64,000 bases of DNA from a virus (lineage: Duplodnaviria > Heunggongvirae > Uroviricota > Caudoviricetes): positions 110,007-174,006 of the IMG/VR virus record IMGVR_UViG_3300028886_000029, one strand, 5' to 3'. A model generated the notes under the pieces. That model searched no databases, was not told the origin of the DNA, and saw only the letters and a list, made by a program, of their open reading frames with translations. Positions 9,156 to 18,662 of the stretch are shown here, piece by piece. The translations under genes and the position numbers were made by a program. Every line of letters begins with the position of its first letter. The first letter of the stretch is position 1.

Positions 9156-11663
9156 TTAATCAGGTATTTTGTGTGGTTGTACTATTTTCTTAGATGTTAA
9201 CTGAGGAAAATTCTCACTTCCACCCGTAACTAAAGTAAAAGCATCAGGCAATCTAACTGTTAGATATGTAGTTTCACCCCCACTTTCAGTTGAGACATTT
9301 ATTATTTGACCTGCCCAATTACCATCTTGATAACAATTATCACAAGATTTACCAACACCATCTGATAACCCCACATTGGTTACACCCAAACCAAATTCAT
9401 CGGTTTTACCGGTAACATAAATAGGATTTGGCCAGTTATCAAGTACTTCATTTTCTTCGCCAAGATTATTTTTATATTTCACACGAAATTTTGCATTAAT
9501 TATTTCATACATCCAAATAACACCAGGTGTTGCACCTGTACCATCAAACACATATGGAATCCTAATACCAAAACTTTTTTCATCTTCTACATGGACACCG
9601 ACACCGGTTGTGCCAGTGTCAATTTTTGGATACACAATCTCAGTTATTATTGAATTATCCTTGAATGTATATGTCTTTGTGTCATCTGTACATTCAGGAT
9701 GTGAGAATGTCACCGTACCCAAGTCAATATTTTGCCCCTGTTTCTTGCTTGTAATGACATACCTATGGGTGTAATTTGTTGTTGGTGTACCTGTCACAAC
9801 ACCAATGTTCGCACTACTACTGTTTACAAATGTAGGGTCAACATTTGTTGTTTTGGTTTCCCTGCTTTTCTCAACACCTTCTTGTTTAAGAACCCATTCA
9901 CCGGATGTTAACTTAACATATTTGTCACAATACACCACCTCATCATATTTCTTTTGTGATTTGATGTCAACAGTAAACGCCGTGTTACCGGTGGTAAATG
10001 TCGTACCTGTTGTTGAAGGTGATATAGTCCACACACATTGACTATTCTCAGTTTTTGTCTCACAATTCCTATCTTCAGTCTCAGTCGTTTCTTGGTTAGC
10101 TTCTTGAGTGAACGTGAGTTTTGTCTTGCCCCCGTCAAAACCAACACTACTCATATCAGATGTAAACGCACTACCCATAAAGGTAAATGAATATCTAGTT
10201 ATTTCACAGACAGTCTGTTCGTTACCAAGTATGGTTCCCCTATTTGTCGCACCAACACAAAAATCGGTGTTACTGAATGTGCCACCATTTGTGGTGGTTG
10301 CGGTCATCTTTAAGTCAGAGAAATTATCAATTGTGTCGTCCTCAACACCATTTTTTTTATATATGATTTTTAAACCATAACCACAAGATTTTTCTTCCCG
10401 TGCGGATGCCCTACCGTTTGCCAAGAAATCATAATCAATATATTTTAACACAGCGGAAACAAACTCATATGTATCACCATCTGGTTCCAAATTAAATGTA
10501 ATGCAGTTTTTACCATCTACAATAACAGTACTTCCACTTTGTTCAATATAACCCATTTTAGTCGCATGCCAGTCAAGTTTTTTACCCACACGAAAATAAT
10601 TATCAAGACTTTCAAAACATTGTTGCGTACCACCGGTGTAGTTTACCCAACGCGATAGAGAGTCTGTAGGTACAGATAAACTAACCCTCACATCTGTTGG
10701 TGTACTATCACAAACACATATTTCTCCGTAGTCACACACCGGAACATAAATTTTAGTTGTTCCACTATAACCATTATAACCAGCGGTAATTGTTACTGTT
10801 TTACCTGCCGTAGTTTTATTATAGTACTTGACATTACCCTTATTCACTGTAGCCACATTTGTGTTATTGCTACTCCAAGTCGCCGAATTAGTGACATCTG
10901 TTGAGGCTGATTGTACCAACGCACCGTTTTCATATGTGTTATATGTGGCTGTAATTTGCACACTGTCTTCGCATGTGTCAGCAGACATGTTAGTTATACT
11001 GTTAATCACATCATGTGTAATTGTTGGCTCAGGTGTAGGTGCGTCACATTGGGGAACAGACACTGTAAATTGTGTACTTGTCACACCGTTATATTTCGCC
11101 GTTATCTTCGCCGTACCCTGACCCTTCGGTGTTATTTTACCTCTACTGACAGTGGCAACACTTGTGTTGTTGCTACTCCAAGTCGCTGAATTGGTGACAT
11201 TTGTTGAGGCTGATTGTACCAACGCACCGTCAGCATATGTGTTATATGTGGCGGTAAGACTAATGTCTGTCGGTGAGTAAACACCGTCATTACAAGCGAA
11301 TGCAGTAGTACCTGTGTTACCTAAGACAACATCATAGGTATATGTCGGTTCAGGTGTGGGTGGTCTGTACGCCTCTTGTGTCCATGTTATACCCGTAATC
11401 TTATATTTCTTTGTACCATCAGCAGACAGCACGGTATTTGAGTCAAATGATATTTTATCGGTATCAATTTCCTCACCGACAGGTGTTGCCCAATCGGTTT
11501 GTTTCTCAGTGTTTTTCGTGTGTGAGATTGTGTAACTGACACTATTCTCACCATGTGTGGGATAATACAATGTCACAGGTATCGCCACATTCTCACTATA
11601 TTCGTGATACAATGTGGTTATTTTCCATTTTCCATTTTCCCCATCTTGTGTCAATGTCGGCAT
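9156..11663 (-). CDS. Ig-like (Big_2-type) repeat protein, array member 1
   Basis: Shared N-terminal module; two near-identical ATWSSNNTxVATV Ig-like units. Confidence 0.75.
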   Translation of the reverse strand: MPTLTQDGENGKWKITTLYHEYSENVAIPVTLYYPTHGENSVSYTISHTKNTEKQTDWATPVGEEIDTDKISFDSNTVLSADGTKKYKITGITWTQEAYRPPTPEPTYTYDVVLGNTGTTAFACNDGVYSPTDISLTATYNTYADGALVQSASTNVTNSATWSSNNTSVATVSRGKITPKGQGTAKITAKYNGVTSTQFTVSVPQCDAPTPEPTITHDVINSITNMSADTCEDSVQITATYNTYENGALVQSASTDVTNSATWSSNNTNVATVNKGNVKYYNKTTAGKTVTITAGYNGYSGTTKIYVPVCDYGEICVCDSTPTDVRVSLSVPTDSLSRWVNYTGGTQQCFESLDNYFRVGKKLDWHATKMGYIEQSGSTVIVDGKNCITFNLEPDGDTYEFVSAVLKYIDYDFLANGRASAREEKSCGYGLKIIYKKNGVEDDTIDNFSDLKMTATTTNGGTFSNTDFCVGATNRGTILGNEQTVCEITRYSFTFMGSAFTSDMSSVGFDGGKTKLTFTQEANQETTETEDRNCETKTENSQCVWTISPSTTGTTFTTGNTAFTVDIKSQKKYDEVVYCDKYVKLTSGEWVLKQEGVEKSRETKTTNVDPTFVNSSSANIGVVTGTPTTNYTHRYVITSKKQGQNIDLGTVTFSHPECTDDTKTYTFKDNSIITEIVYPKIDTGTTGVGVHVEDEKSFGIRIPYVFDGTGATPGVIWMYEIINAKFRVKYKNNLGEENEVLDNWPNPIYVTGKTDEFGLGVTNVGLSDGVGKSCDNCYQDGNWAGQIINVSTESGGETTYLTVRLPDAFTLVTGGSENFPQLTSKKIVQPHKIPD

Positions 11664-11665
11664 AA

Positions 11666-11806
11666 TTATTCTGTTTTTTCCTTTTTATTTTCATTTTTCT
11701 GTTCAATATTTCCGGTGGCAGTCAAATTAATTACATTACTGTTTTTCATTTCCTTTATAAGAAAATAAACCAAAACCAATAGTAGACCAGATATTAATAT
11801 TTCCAT
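11666..11806 (-). CDS. 46-aa membrane micro-protein missing from the ORF track (MEILISGLLLVLVYFLIKEMKNSNVINLTATGNIEQKNENKKEKTE)
   Basis: Translated by hand: ATG at 11806, TAA at 11666-11668. It fills the gap between two array genes and stops 2 nt before the next ATG. Hydrophobic N-terminus. Confidence 0.75.
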   Translation of the reverse strand: MEILISGLLLVLVYFLIKEMKNSNVINLTATGNIEQKNENKKEKTE

Positions 11807-11833
11807 TTTAATTGTATTGTTCTTTATTAATTA

Positions 11834-14326
11834 TTAATGCACATCAGGGTCAGGTTCTATATCCATGTCATCATCACCGTTCCAATTTGTTACTTCATCA
11901 TTAATCAATACATTCATACTACGACAACTTATAGTCATTTTGTAATAACTTGTTGGACCTGTTGGCTCTACATTATCTATAGTAAAGACTCTATATTTAT
12001 ATCCTCTTTGTGGAACTAATATTGGGTCAAAAGAAACATTATTTTTAACAAATGTCTGATACCCACCCTCTGTAGTTCCAGTAACATTAACAACTATATC
12101 ACTAAATGTTTGACTAACAATATCCTTATTTGTAAAACCAACACCAAATCTTATTCGTTGTGGTGCTTCAGGACTTAAGACCCATGTGTCCGTATCATCC
12201 TTCCTTTCGCCACCAATTCCAAGAATTTTTGCTGTGTTAGGCGTTGAGGGTGCTTCATATGCTCTTTGTGTTATATTGATAACGGCATATGTTGAAGCAT
12301 CTGCATCATCATATAACCTTATTGTCGCATATCTTTCTGCGCCGGTATTAACACCGGTATAATATATCAATACCCTACCATTAGTTATTTCCACAGTTCT
12401 TATAAAACTATTTTCCTCTAATACTTTCCAAGCCAAGTTACCCCTTAAATCAGTCGCAGTCACAGAAGGCGCACCATTAGTGGTATCAATTCTGTCATCA
12501 CCAAATCCAGAATCAAGTGATGTGGGGTTAACCGTGATTTTACCTGCACCGACATATTTTACGGTAACCGCAACCGTGTTAGATACAACACTGTCTTTAT
12601 AACTGTTTGTTGCTTTTAAATAAAGTGTTTGTCCTGTTGCGTCAGTTCCAACTTTCAAATGTCTGACATCGACCAAAGTAGGGTCTTCATCTTCTTCAAG
12701 GTGAGCGATATCACTACTTACCGCACCTCCGTTCGCAGTTGTAAGTGACCAAACAGCACCATGTTGTGTGGTAAATGTTGGCGTATACGACAAATCAAAC
12801 TGTTGTGTGTTGTTCTGATTTTGAATTGTCAACGGACCTGTTGGTTGAATTTCCATTGATTCACAAGGTATATCATCTGACGAAGGTTCTTTTTGTGTAA
12901 ATGTTGTGTCTCTGTTAATGGTATTACCATATATATCCTGTCCACTAATTCGAATATCACCTGTTCTAAAAGTAGTACCTTGAGCATTTGTTGTGGCTGT
13001 TATGTACAAAACAGGGGAAGCACCTGTCACAATAGATAAACCTGTAATCCAATCATCATGACTTGTATTAGTAGCAGTCAATGATGTCTGAACCATATCT
13101 ATACATTCGAAGTTTTGGCTTGCTTCGGTTTTCATACTTGCAACCATTATACTACCAACAATGATGATTTGTCCCTTCTTAGTATTTTTACATACAATAA
13201 ACGATGTGGTACCAGTGTTACCATCATATGAACCTTTTACGGTTACACCAACATCTTCTGAAACATTTTTATTATCATAATCAATTCTACCTTTAGTTGT
13301 TGTTGATGCTGTTGCAACATTGGAACCGTTGGTGATTGTCCATGTTGTTTCGTTTGTCACATTTTCTTGTTTTGTCACAACACCATTTACTTTTGTTATG
13401 TACCAAGCACCAACATTAACATAACCCGTACTTGTCTCCGTAGTACCTGTTGTCTCTCCAGAAACAACAAATTCATAAGTCTCTTCATCCCCACCACTTT
13501 CACTCATCTCAAATTTCTCAAGGGTGTTTCCTGTTATCTTGACACTATCATTAATTGTGTCATATCCGTCCTTGGTTATTGTGTATGATACAGTCTGATT
13601 TTTAACATACTGACCTTCAGTCACCAATGTTCCACCTGTGTAAGTATAAGTCTTGTCACCACTTACCTCAATACTTGCGCCAGTGACATTACCACTAAAT
13701 GACAAGGTATATGTCTGAACAGGCTCATCACTCTTTTTAGGAACAGTCACATCCACATTATCAGTATAACCGTTATATGTTGCTGTAATCTTGATTGTGG
13801 TATCAGTTGAACCGGTGTTATTAAATGTCACATTACCATTATTGATTGATGATATAAGGGCTGTTTTATTCACAGACCAAGTACAGTTCACATTGGAAGT
13901 GACATTCTCAGTGTTTACCAATGTGCCGTTGTTAAATGTCTTGTACCATGCGCCGAAAGTCAAACTGTCATTATATGACGCAGCCGCATAACTTGCGCCT
14001 GAGACAACAAGACTATAAGTAAATGAGTCTGGTTTCTCATACGGTTTGACCGTACCCCAATTTATTTTGTTGATTTTATAAATTGTTGAGCCATATGTCG
14101 CCGTACCTGATGACAAACTGATTTGGTTTGTGTTAATCGCCGTACCAAGAGCGGTTTTCCATTCAGTCGCAAGCGATTTTTTTGTGTTACTTATATTGGT
14201 TTCCACTGATTTACCACCATAAGTCAATTTAATCGGTATGCTGAGATTGTACACATTTTCAGTCTCATGTGTACATAAGTCAACAATTCTCCATGTTCCT
14301 TCTGATGTTTGATTTACACCTGCCAT
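11834..14326 (-). CDS. Ig-like/BACON-like multidomain protein, array member 2
   Basis: Shared N-terminal module; WSVNK/WTIT Ig units; BACON-like DDWITGLSI...RTGDIRI...FTQ and AERYATIRL...INITQ. Confidence 0.75.
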   Translation of the reverse strand: MAGVNQTSEGTWRIVDLCTHETENVYNLSIPIKLTYGGKSVETNISNTKKSLATEWKTALGTAINTNQISLSSGTATYGSTIYKINKINWGTVKPYEKPDSFTYSLVVSGASYAAASYNDSLTFGAWYKTFNNGTLVNTENVTSNVNCTWSVNKTALISSINNGNVTFNNTGSTDTTIKITATYNGYTDNVDVTVPKKSDEPVQTYTLSFSGNVTGASIEVSGDKTYTYTGGTLVTEGQYVKNQTVSYTITKDGYDTINDSVKITGNTLEKFEMSESGGDEETYEFVVSGETTGTTETSTGYVNVGAWYITKVNGVVTKQENVTNETTWTITNGSNVATASTTTKGRIDYDNKNVSEDVGVTVKGSYDGNTGTTSFIVCKNTKKGQIIIVGSIMVASMKTEASQNFECIDMVQTSLTATNTSHDDWITGLSIVTGASPVLYITATTNAQGTTFRTGDIRISGQDIYGNTINRDTTFTQKEPSSDDIPCESMEIQPTGPLTIQNQNNTQQFDLSYTPTFTTQHGAVWSLTTANGGAVSSDIAHLEEDEDPTLVDVRHLKVGTDATGQTLYLKATNSYKDSVVSNTVAVTVKYVGAGKITVNPTSLDSGFGDDRIDTTNGAPSVTATDLRGNLAWKVLEENSFIRTVEITNGRVLIYYTGVNTGAERYATIRLYDDADASTYAVINITQRAYEAPSTPNTAKILGIGGERKDDTDTWVLSPEAPQRIRFGVGFTNKDIVSQTFSDIVVNVTGTTEGGYQTFVKNNVSFDPILVPQRGYKYRVFTIDNVEPTGPTSYYKMTISCRSMNVLINDEVTNWNGDDDMDIEPDPDVH

Positions 14327-14380
14327 ATATATGTTATTTTTTACACTAATTTATTAATAAATATCATTTTATTTGGTTTT

Positions 14381-15547
14381 CTACTCACTATTTTGTGTGA
14401 GGTCAGCATAACCAGGTATTGTTTTTTCCGATGGTTGCGGTTTCCCATATATGTTAAAATATTGGCTGTCACTGCCATACTTGTTATGTGTCGCAGTAAC
14501 TTTAACTGTCGTGTTACTTGTTGAGTCGTTTTTATAATTTACAGACCCCTTTGTCGTGGTACTTGCTGTCGCCACATTTGTCTTGTCCACAGACCAATCG
14601 CATTGTGTTGTTATGTCATCACCTTTAACACCATCGGTTAAAAGATAGGCGTGATATTCCATTGTACCTGCACTATGACCTGCGTTATAAGGGTCTGTGG
14701 TCGTACCTGTCGGCTCAACACTAATTGCATATGTTTTTTCTGCTAATGTAAATGTTATAATATTTTCTTTGTCTTGTGTCACATTACCGTTTATGGTTTT
14801 GGTACCTGACTTAGTGTTATACCCCTCACCATTCGATGCTGACCATTTAATAACTGTGCTTTTTAAATATTTCCCAATATATTGCTTACTTCCGGTTGTC
14901 GTGTACGTGGTACTGTCACCTTCAATTTTAAATGTTGAGCCTGAAGGTTTGCCATTAACATATAAAAGACCATATTCAGGTAAACCTTTCACTTTTAACG
15001 CCGCATTACCAACCACTTTGTTATATGTGGCACTGACTGTTATATTCAAATTGTCAGCAGTTTCATTTTTGTAGTCAACACCACCATTACCATACAAAGT
15101 AGCATATCTGTCATCACTTAATGACCACTCCGCTAAATCTGTCACATTTAATCTTTCAACCTCAATACCATTATTTTCTGTCACATAAAAAGCACCATAT
15201 TCTGTTGAACCAGATGTCTTGTTATCATCAACAACTGATGGCTCAACGACAACTTTATACACAATGTCATTCTTTTTAGGGTGTAACTCCCAATTAACAG
15301 AACTGATTGTGTATTTTTTATTTTGCTCTTCCATAACAACCGGTTCATACTCAACCGTTATCAATTTTTCATCCAAAGAGACACCTGGTTTTGTCGCCCA
15401 TAATGTTTCCACCTCTTGCGGTGTCTTTGTCAAATTCACACTAACAGGATTTTTTCCGTCATATTTGAATGTGGCAGGTATTACCACATCATCAGGTGAA
15501 TTGTGGTACAATTTAATTTTCCAAGTTTTATTTGTTACATCTGCCAT
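14381..15547 (-). CDS. Ig-like protein, array member 3
   Basis: Shared N-terminal module; AEWSLSD and CDWSVDK Ig units; ends with KTIPGYADLTQ. Confidence 0.75.
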   Translation of the reverse strand: MADVTNKTWKIKLYHNSPDDVVIPATFKYDGKNPVSVNLTKTPQEVETLWATKPGVSLDEKLITVEYEPVVMEEQNKKYTISSVNWELHPKKNDIVYKVVVEPSVVDDNKTSGSTEYGAFYVTENNGIEVERLNVTDLAEWSLSDDRYATLYGNGGVDYKNETADNLNITVSATYNKVVGNAALKVKGLPEYGLLYVNGKPSGSTFKIEGDSTTYTTTGSKQYIGKYLKSTVIKWSASNGEGYNTKSGTKTINGNVTQDKENIITFTLAEKTYAISVEPTGTTTDPYNAGHSAGTMEYHAYLLTDGVKGDDITTQCDWSVDKTNVATASTTTKGSVNYKNDSTSNTTVKVTATHNKYGSDSQYFNIYGKPQPSEKTIPGYADLTQNSE

Positions 15548-15552
15548 AATTT

Positions 15553-18114
15553 TTAACCTTCCTCATTTACATATAATATATCCAAAAAATCGTTTGTCAC
15601 TGTTGATTGTATCGCTATGAATATGTTCCTATCACTTCCACTTCTGTTTGGGGCAATAGTAACTGTCATGTTTTCGATTGACTCAGAATGTTCATCGACA
15701 TCGCATGATACCCAGTCAAGGTCAACAATTTCCCTATTATAGTTATAAGCAAGTGTCCTGAATTTCCACGCGGTATTTGAATCAACACTGAGGTTTATTT
15801 TACCGCCGTTTTTGGACAGCAAGGTATCACTGTGTGTGTAAATGAATTTACCATATTCAAAAACTTGACTATCTGTACTTGTGTCAACACCAGGAACAAT
15901 CAATATAACACCATCCTTATCGGAACCAGATTTCCCCTCAATCAATATTGGTACATCAAATATGGTTGTGTTGTTGTAGTAGACAACATATTCACCATAT
16001 TGGTTGACCTTACCTTCTTTAATAATTCCGGTTCCAAAATCATTATATGACCAATCACAACTTGTTACTTTCATCGCACTCCATTGTCCATCACCGTACC
16101 CATGAGTTAACCACGCGTAACAACGAGGTGTCGCCCCATTTGGTTTTAATGCGGTCTTTTGGTCAGTCACAACCATAAAAGCACTTCCATACACATATTT
16201 ACCCACTTTTTTCGCTATAGTAAAAGACTCTGTGGCCGACAAACCATTGTATGTGGCGGTAATTGTAATTGTTTCAGCGGCTTTGGCGTTTGTATTAGTA
16301 AAGTTAAGTCTTGCTCTTAACCAATCATATGTCTTTCCTTTAAACATGGGACTATCTGAAGTCACGACAGCATCTCTTGACACATTTTTCTGATTAATCA
16401 ACACACCATTAACATATGTCTTTTCAAAAATAGCCGCGTTTATGGAACCATCATCAATTTCACTGTTTTTATCAGACAAAATTATTTGCAATTCCCTTTT
16501 GGTCTCAACCGCTTCATTATCTGGAACCAAAGTGACTTGTATGCCGTTCTCACCTGCGCTGCTTATCTTATATGTATTTGTTATCGTGACATAACCTTTT
16601 TTAATAACAGTATAACTTATGGTACTGCCCACTTGGTATTTTCCCTCTATTTTCGCTACACCGTTGTTGTCAAACTTTTGCATCGTGAAACCTGCGGTGG
16701 TGGCTAACGGCACTCTTACAACACCATATGGGTATTCCTCACTGTCAACCCTTTCAGTAGGTGTCACATAAAATATCAAATTCGCAACCGATGTATTTTT
16801 AGGACAAACACATAGTCTTGTTGTTTTCTCATACAAATAATCACCATATTTATATTTTGCGATGACCGAAAATGATTGTACAGAATCACTACTGTTGCTA
16901 TACTCAAGTTTACCGTTTTCGCTTATCTTGGCGATGTTTGAGTTATCAACACTCCATTGCACATCATTAGTCACATCGTTTTCATGTATATCACCCAAAG
17001 AAAAATAAGCCTTAAAATCCTGCTCACCTGTTGTCGGTAAAACCATATTGATTTTATCCTCTGTTGTTGGTGTTATTACAAATGTCCCACCTGCGTTCTC
17101 ACTTGCGGCCACCCTGAATGTATATGACTCTTCCGCATGTATGCCTTTAAAACTTGCCCTTATTGTCACTGTTTGTTCAGTACCTTTAGTGTTTAACCAA
17201 GTGACAGACGCTTCTGTCGCAAATGGATATATCTTAACTATTGGATTATCACATGACCATTCAACTATATCAGACACATTACCTGGGTCATCGGCAGGAC
17301 CGTAATCAGGGTCTTTTTCCCAATATGAAAGTGCCCCATAACCTTTATAAAACACAGCCTTTATTGTAATTATCCCAATATCGTTGTTATACAAATATGG
17401 TTCAGTATAACCTTCTTTAACCTTAGGTGTCAACACCAATTTGTGTGTTTTAATTTCCTCCTGTTTTTCCTTTCCTTTCTGTATTGTGATACTTTTTGTT
17501 TCGGTTATATTGTTATAAGTACAAGAAATTGTGATAACTCTTGCCGTGTCACCGGTATTACTGTACAACAAAACATTGTCATCGAAATAAGCGACAGTCT
17601 CATCACTTGATGTCCATATCCCTTCTTTTATCTCATTGGTATTCGTCACTTCCCCATTTACCTTGACAATATACTTGGCAACAGGTGAATATTTTCCCTG
17701 TCCAAACAAATTGGGTATGTCCTCTATTTCTATTGTGCATTCAGCGACACCTGCGGCAAGACCGTCCACATACTTAACATCTTGTTCGGTTTCAGGCTCT
17801 GTGGTTCCTGTAACTGACGGATTATAACCTTTCATATTGAAACTAATTTTATTAATCACATATTTTGTTTTACCATCACTCGAATATGCTGGTTCTGCCG
17901 AATATTTTATATCTTCAAGATTTATGTTCTCATTTAGTTCTGTTACCCAAGGTGTCTCAATTATCCTGCTATAAGAATCTTTCGAAACACCGGTGACAGT
18001 AAAACTACTGTCTTTGTAAGTAAATGTAATATCGAACTTCACATCATCAGTCAAACCTGTGACAAAGAGATTTGACATAACCCATTTACCGTTTTTATTA
18101 ACAATATCCGCCAT
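15553..18114 (-). CDS. Ig-like multidomain protein with a C-terminal BACON-like domain, array member 4
   Basis: Shared N-terminal module; WTSSDETVA and WSVDNSNIA Ig units; C-terminal SVDSNTAW...DWVS...PNRSGSDR BACON pattern. Confidence 0.75.
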   Translation of the reverse strand: MADIVNKNGKWVMSNLFVTGLTDDVKFDITFTYKDSSFTVTGVSKDSYSRIIETPWVTELNENINLEDIKYSAEPAYSSDGKTKYVINKISFNMKGYNPSVTGTTEPETEQDVKYVDGLAAGVAECTIEIEDIPNLFGQGKYSPVAKYIVKVNGEVTNTNEIKEGIWTSSDETVAYFDDNVLLYSNTGDTARVITISCTYNNITETKSITIQKGKEKQEEIKTHKLVLTPKVKEGYTEPYLYNNDIGIITIKAVFYKGYGALSYWEKDPDYGPADDPGNVSDIVEWSCDNPIVKIYPFATEASVTWLNTKGTEQTVTIRASFKGIHAEESYTFRVAASENAGGTFVITPTTEDKINMVLPTTGEQDFKAYFSLGDIHENDVTNDVQWSVDNSNIAKISENGKLEYSNSSDSVQSFSVIAKYKYGDYLYEKTTRLCVCPKNTSVANLIFYVTPTERVDSEEYPYGVVRVPLATTAGFTMQKFDNNGVAKIEGKYQVGSTISYTVIKKGYVTITNTYKISSAGENGIQVTLVPDNEAVETKRELQIILSDKNSEIDDGSINAAIFEKTYVNGVLINQKNVSRDAVVTSDSPMFKGKTYDWLRARLNFTNTNAKAAETITITATYNGLSATESFTIAKKVGKYVYGSAFMVVTDQKTALKPNGATPRCYAWLTHGYGDGQWSAMKVTSCDWSYNDFGTGIIKEGKVNQYGEYVVYYNNTTIFDVPILIEGKSGSDKDGVILIVPGVDTSTDSQVFEYGKFIYTHSDTLLSKNGGKINLSVDSNTAWKFRTLAYNYNREIVDLDWVSCDVDEHSESIENMTVTIAPNRSGSDRNIFIAIQSTVTNDFLDILYVNEEG

Positions 18115-18134
18115 ATAATCAATTTGTTTTTACA

Positions 18135-18626
18135 TTATTCGTTTTGTGTCGCGATGCCAATCACAGGGACACCAATGTTAGTTGCCGTATCTTTGTTCTC
18201 AATATCACCAACAATGTCAACTTTTTTGGTCACAGTGCCTTCTTCTTCAATAACCTCTTGTTCCACATCAGACACCACATCAGTCTTAACAACCTCAGTT
18301 ACAGTGCTTTCACCGCTTGGGTCATTCTCATCATCATATACGCTAACATCATCCCAAGTAACCGCAGTGACAAGATATTTTCTTGTTCCATCATCTGAAA
18401 AAACAGGCGTTGATGACCAAGTGATTTTGGTTGTGTCAATCTCAACACCAATCTCAGTTACCCATTTGGTTTGTATACTGGTATTGTTTTTTATCGTGGC
18501 AATAGCGGAAACAACACTACCACCGTTGTACCATAATTTTAACGGTAATGATACATTATCGTCAAGGTCATGTGTTAACTTCGTTATTGTCCAAGTGCCA
18601 TTGGCATTCTGTTGCAATGCTGCCAT
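18135..18626 (-). CDS. Short array member 5: N-terminal module plus an acidic tail carrying strand motifs
   Basis: 163 aa; shared module followed by VKTDVVSDVEQ, KKVDIVGDIEN and IGVPVIGIATQ. Confidence 0.75.
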   Translation of the reverse strand: MAALQQNANGTWTITKLTHDLDDNVSLPLKLWYNGGSVVSAIATIKNNTSIQTKWVTEIGVEIDTTKITWSSTPVFSDDGTRKYLVTAVTWDDVSVYDDENDPSGESTVTEVVKTDVVSDVEQEVIEEEGTVTKKVDIVGDIENKDTATNIGVPVIGIATQNE

Positions 18627-18662
18627 TATCTTTTTTAAAATAAATAGTTTTATTTTTTGTCT

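Noticed and set aside
10860-11255. Near-identical ~90-bp duplicate in 9156..11663 as a DGR template/variable repeat pair
   Set aside because: The differences include synonymous C/T and non-adenine changes, both copies are in-frame Ig units, and there is no reverse transcriptase in the window.
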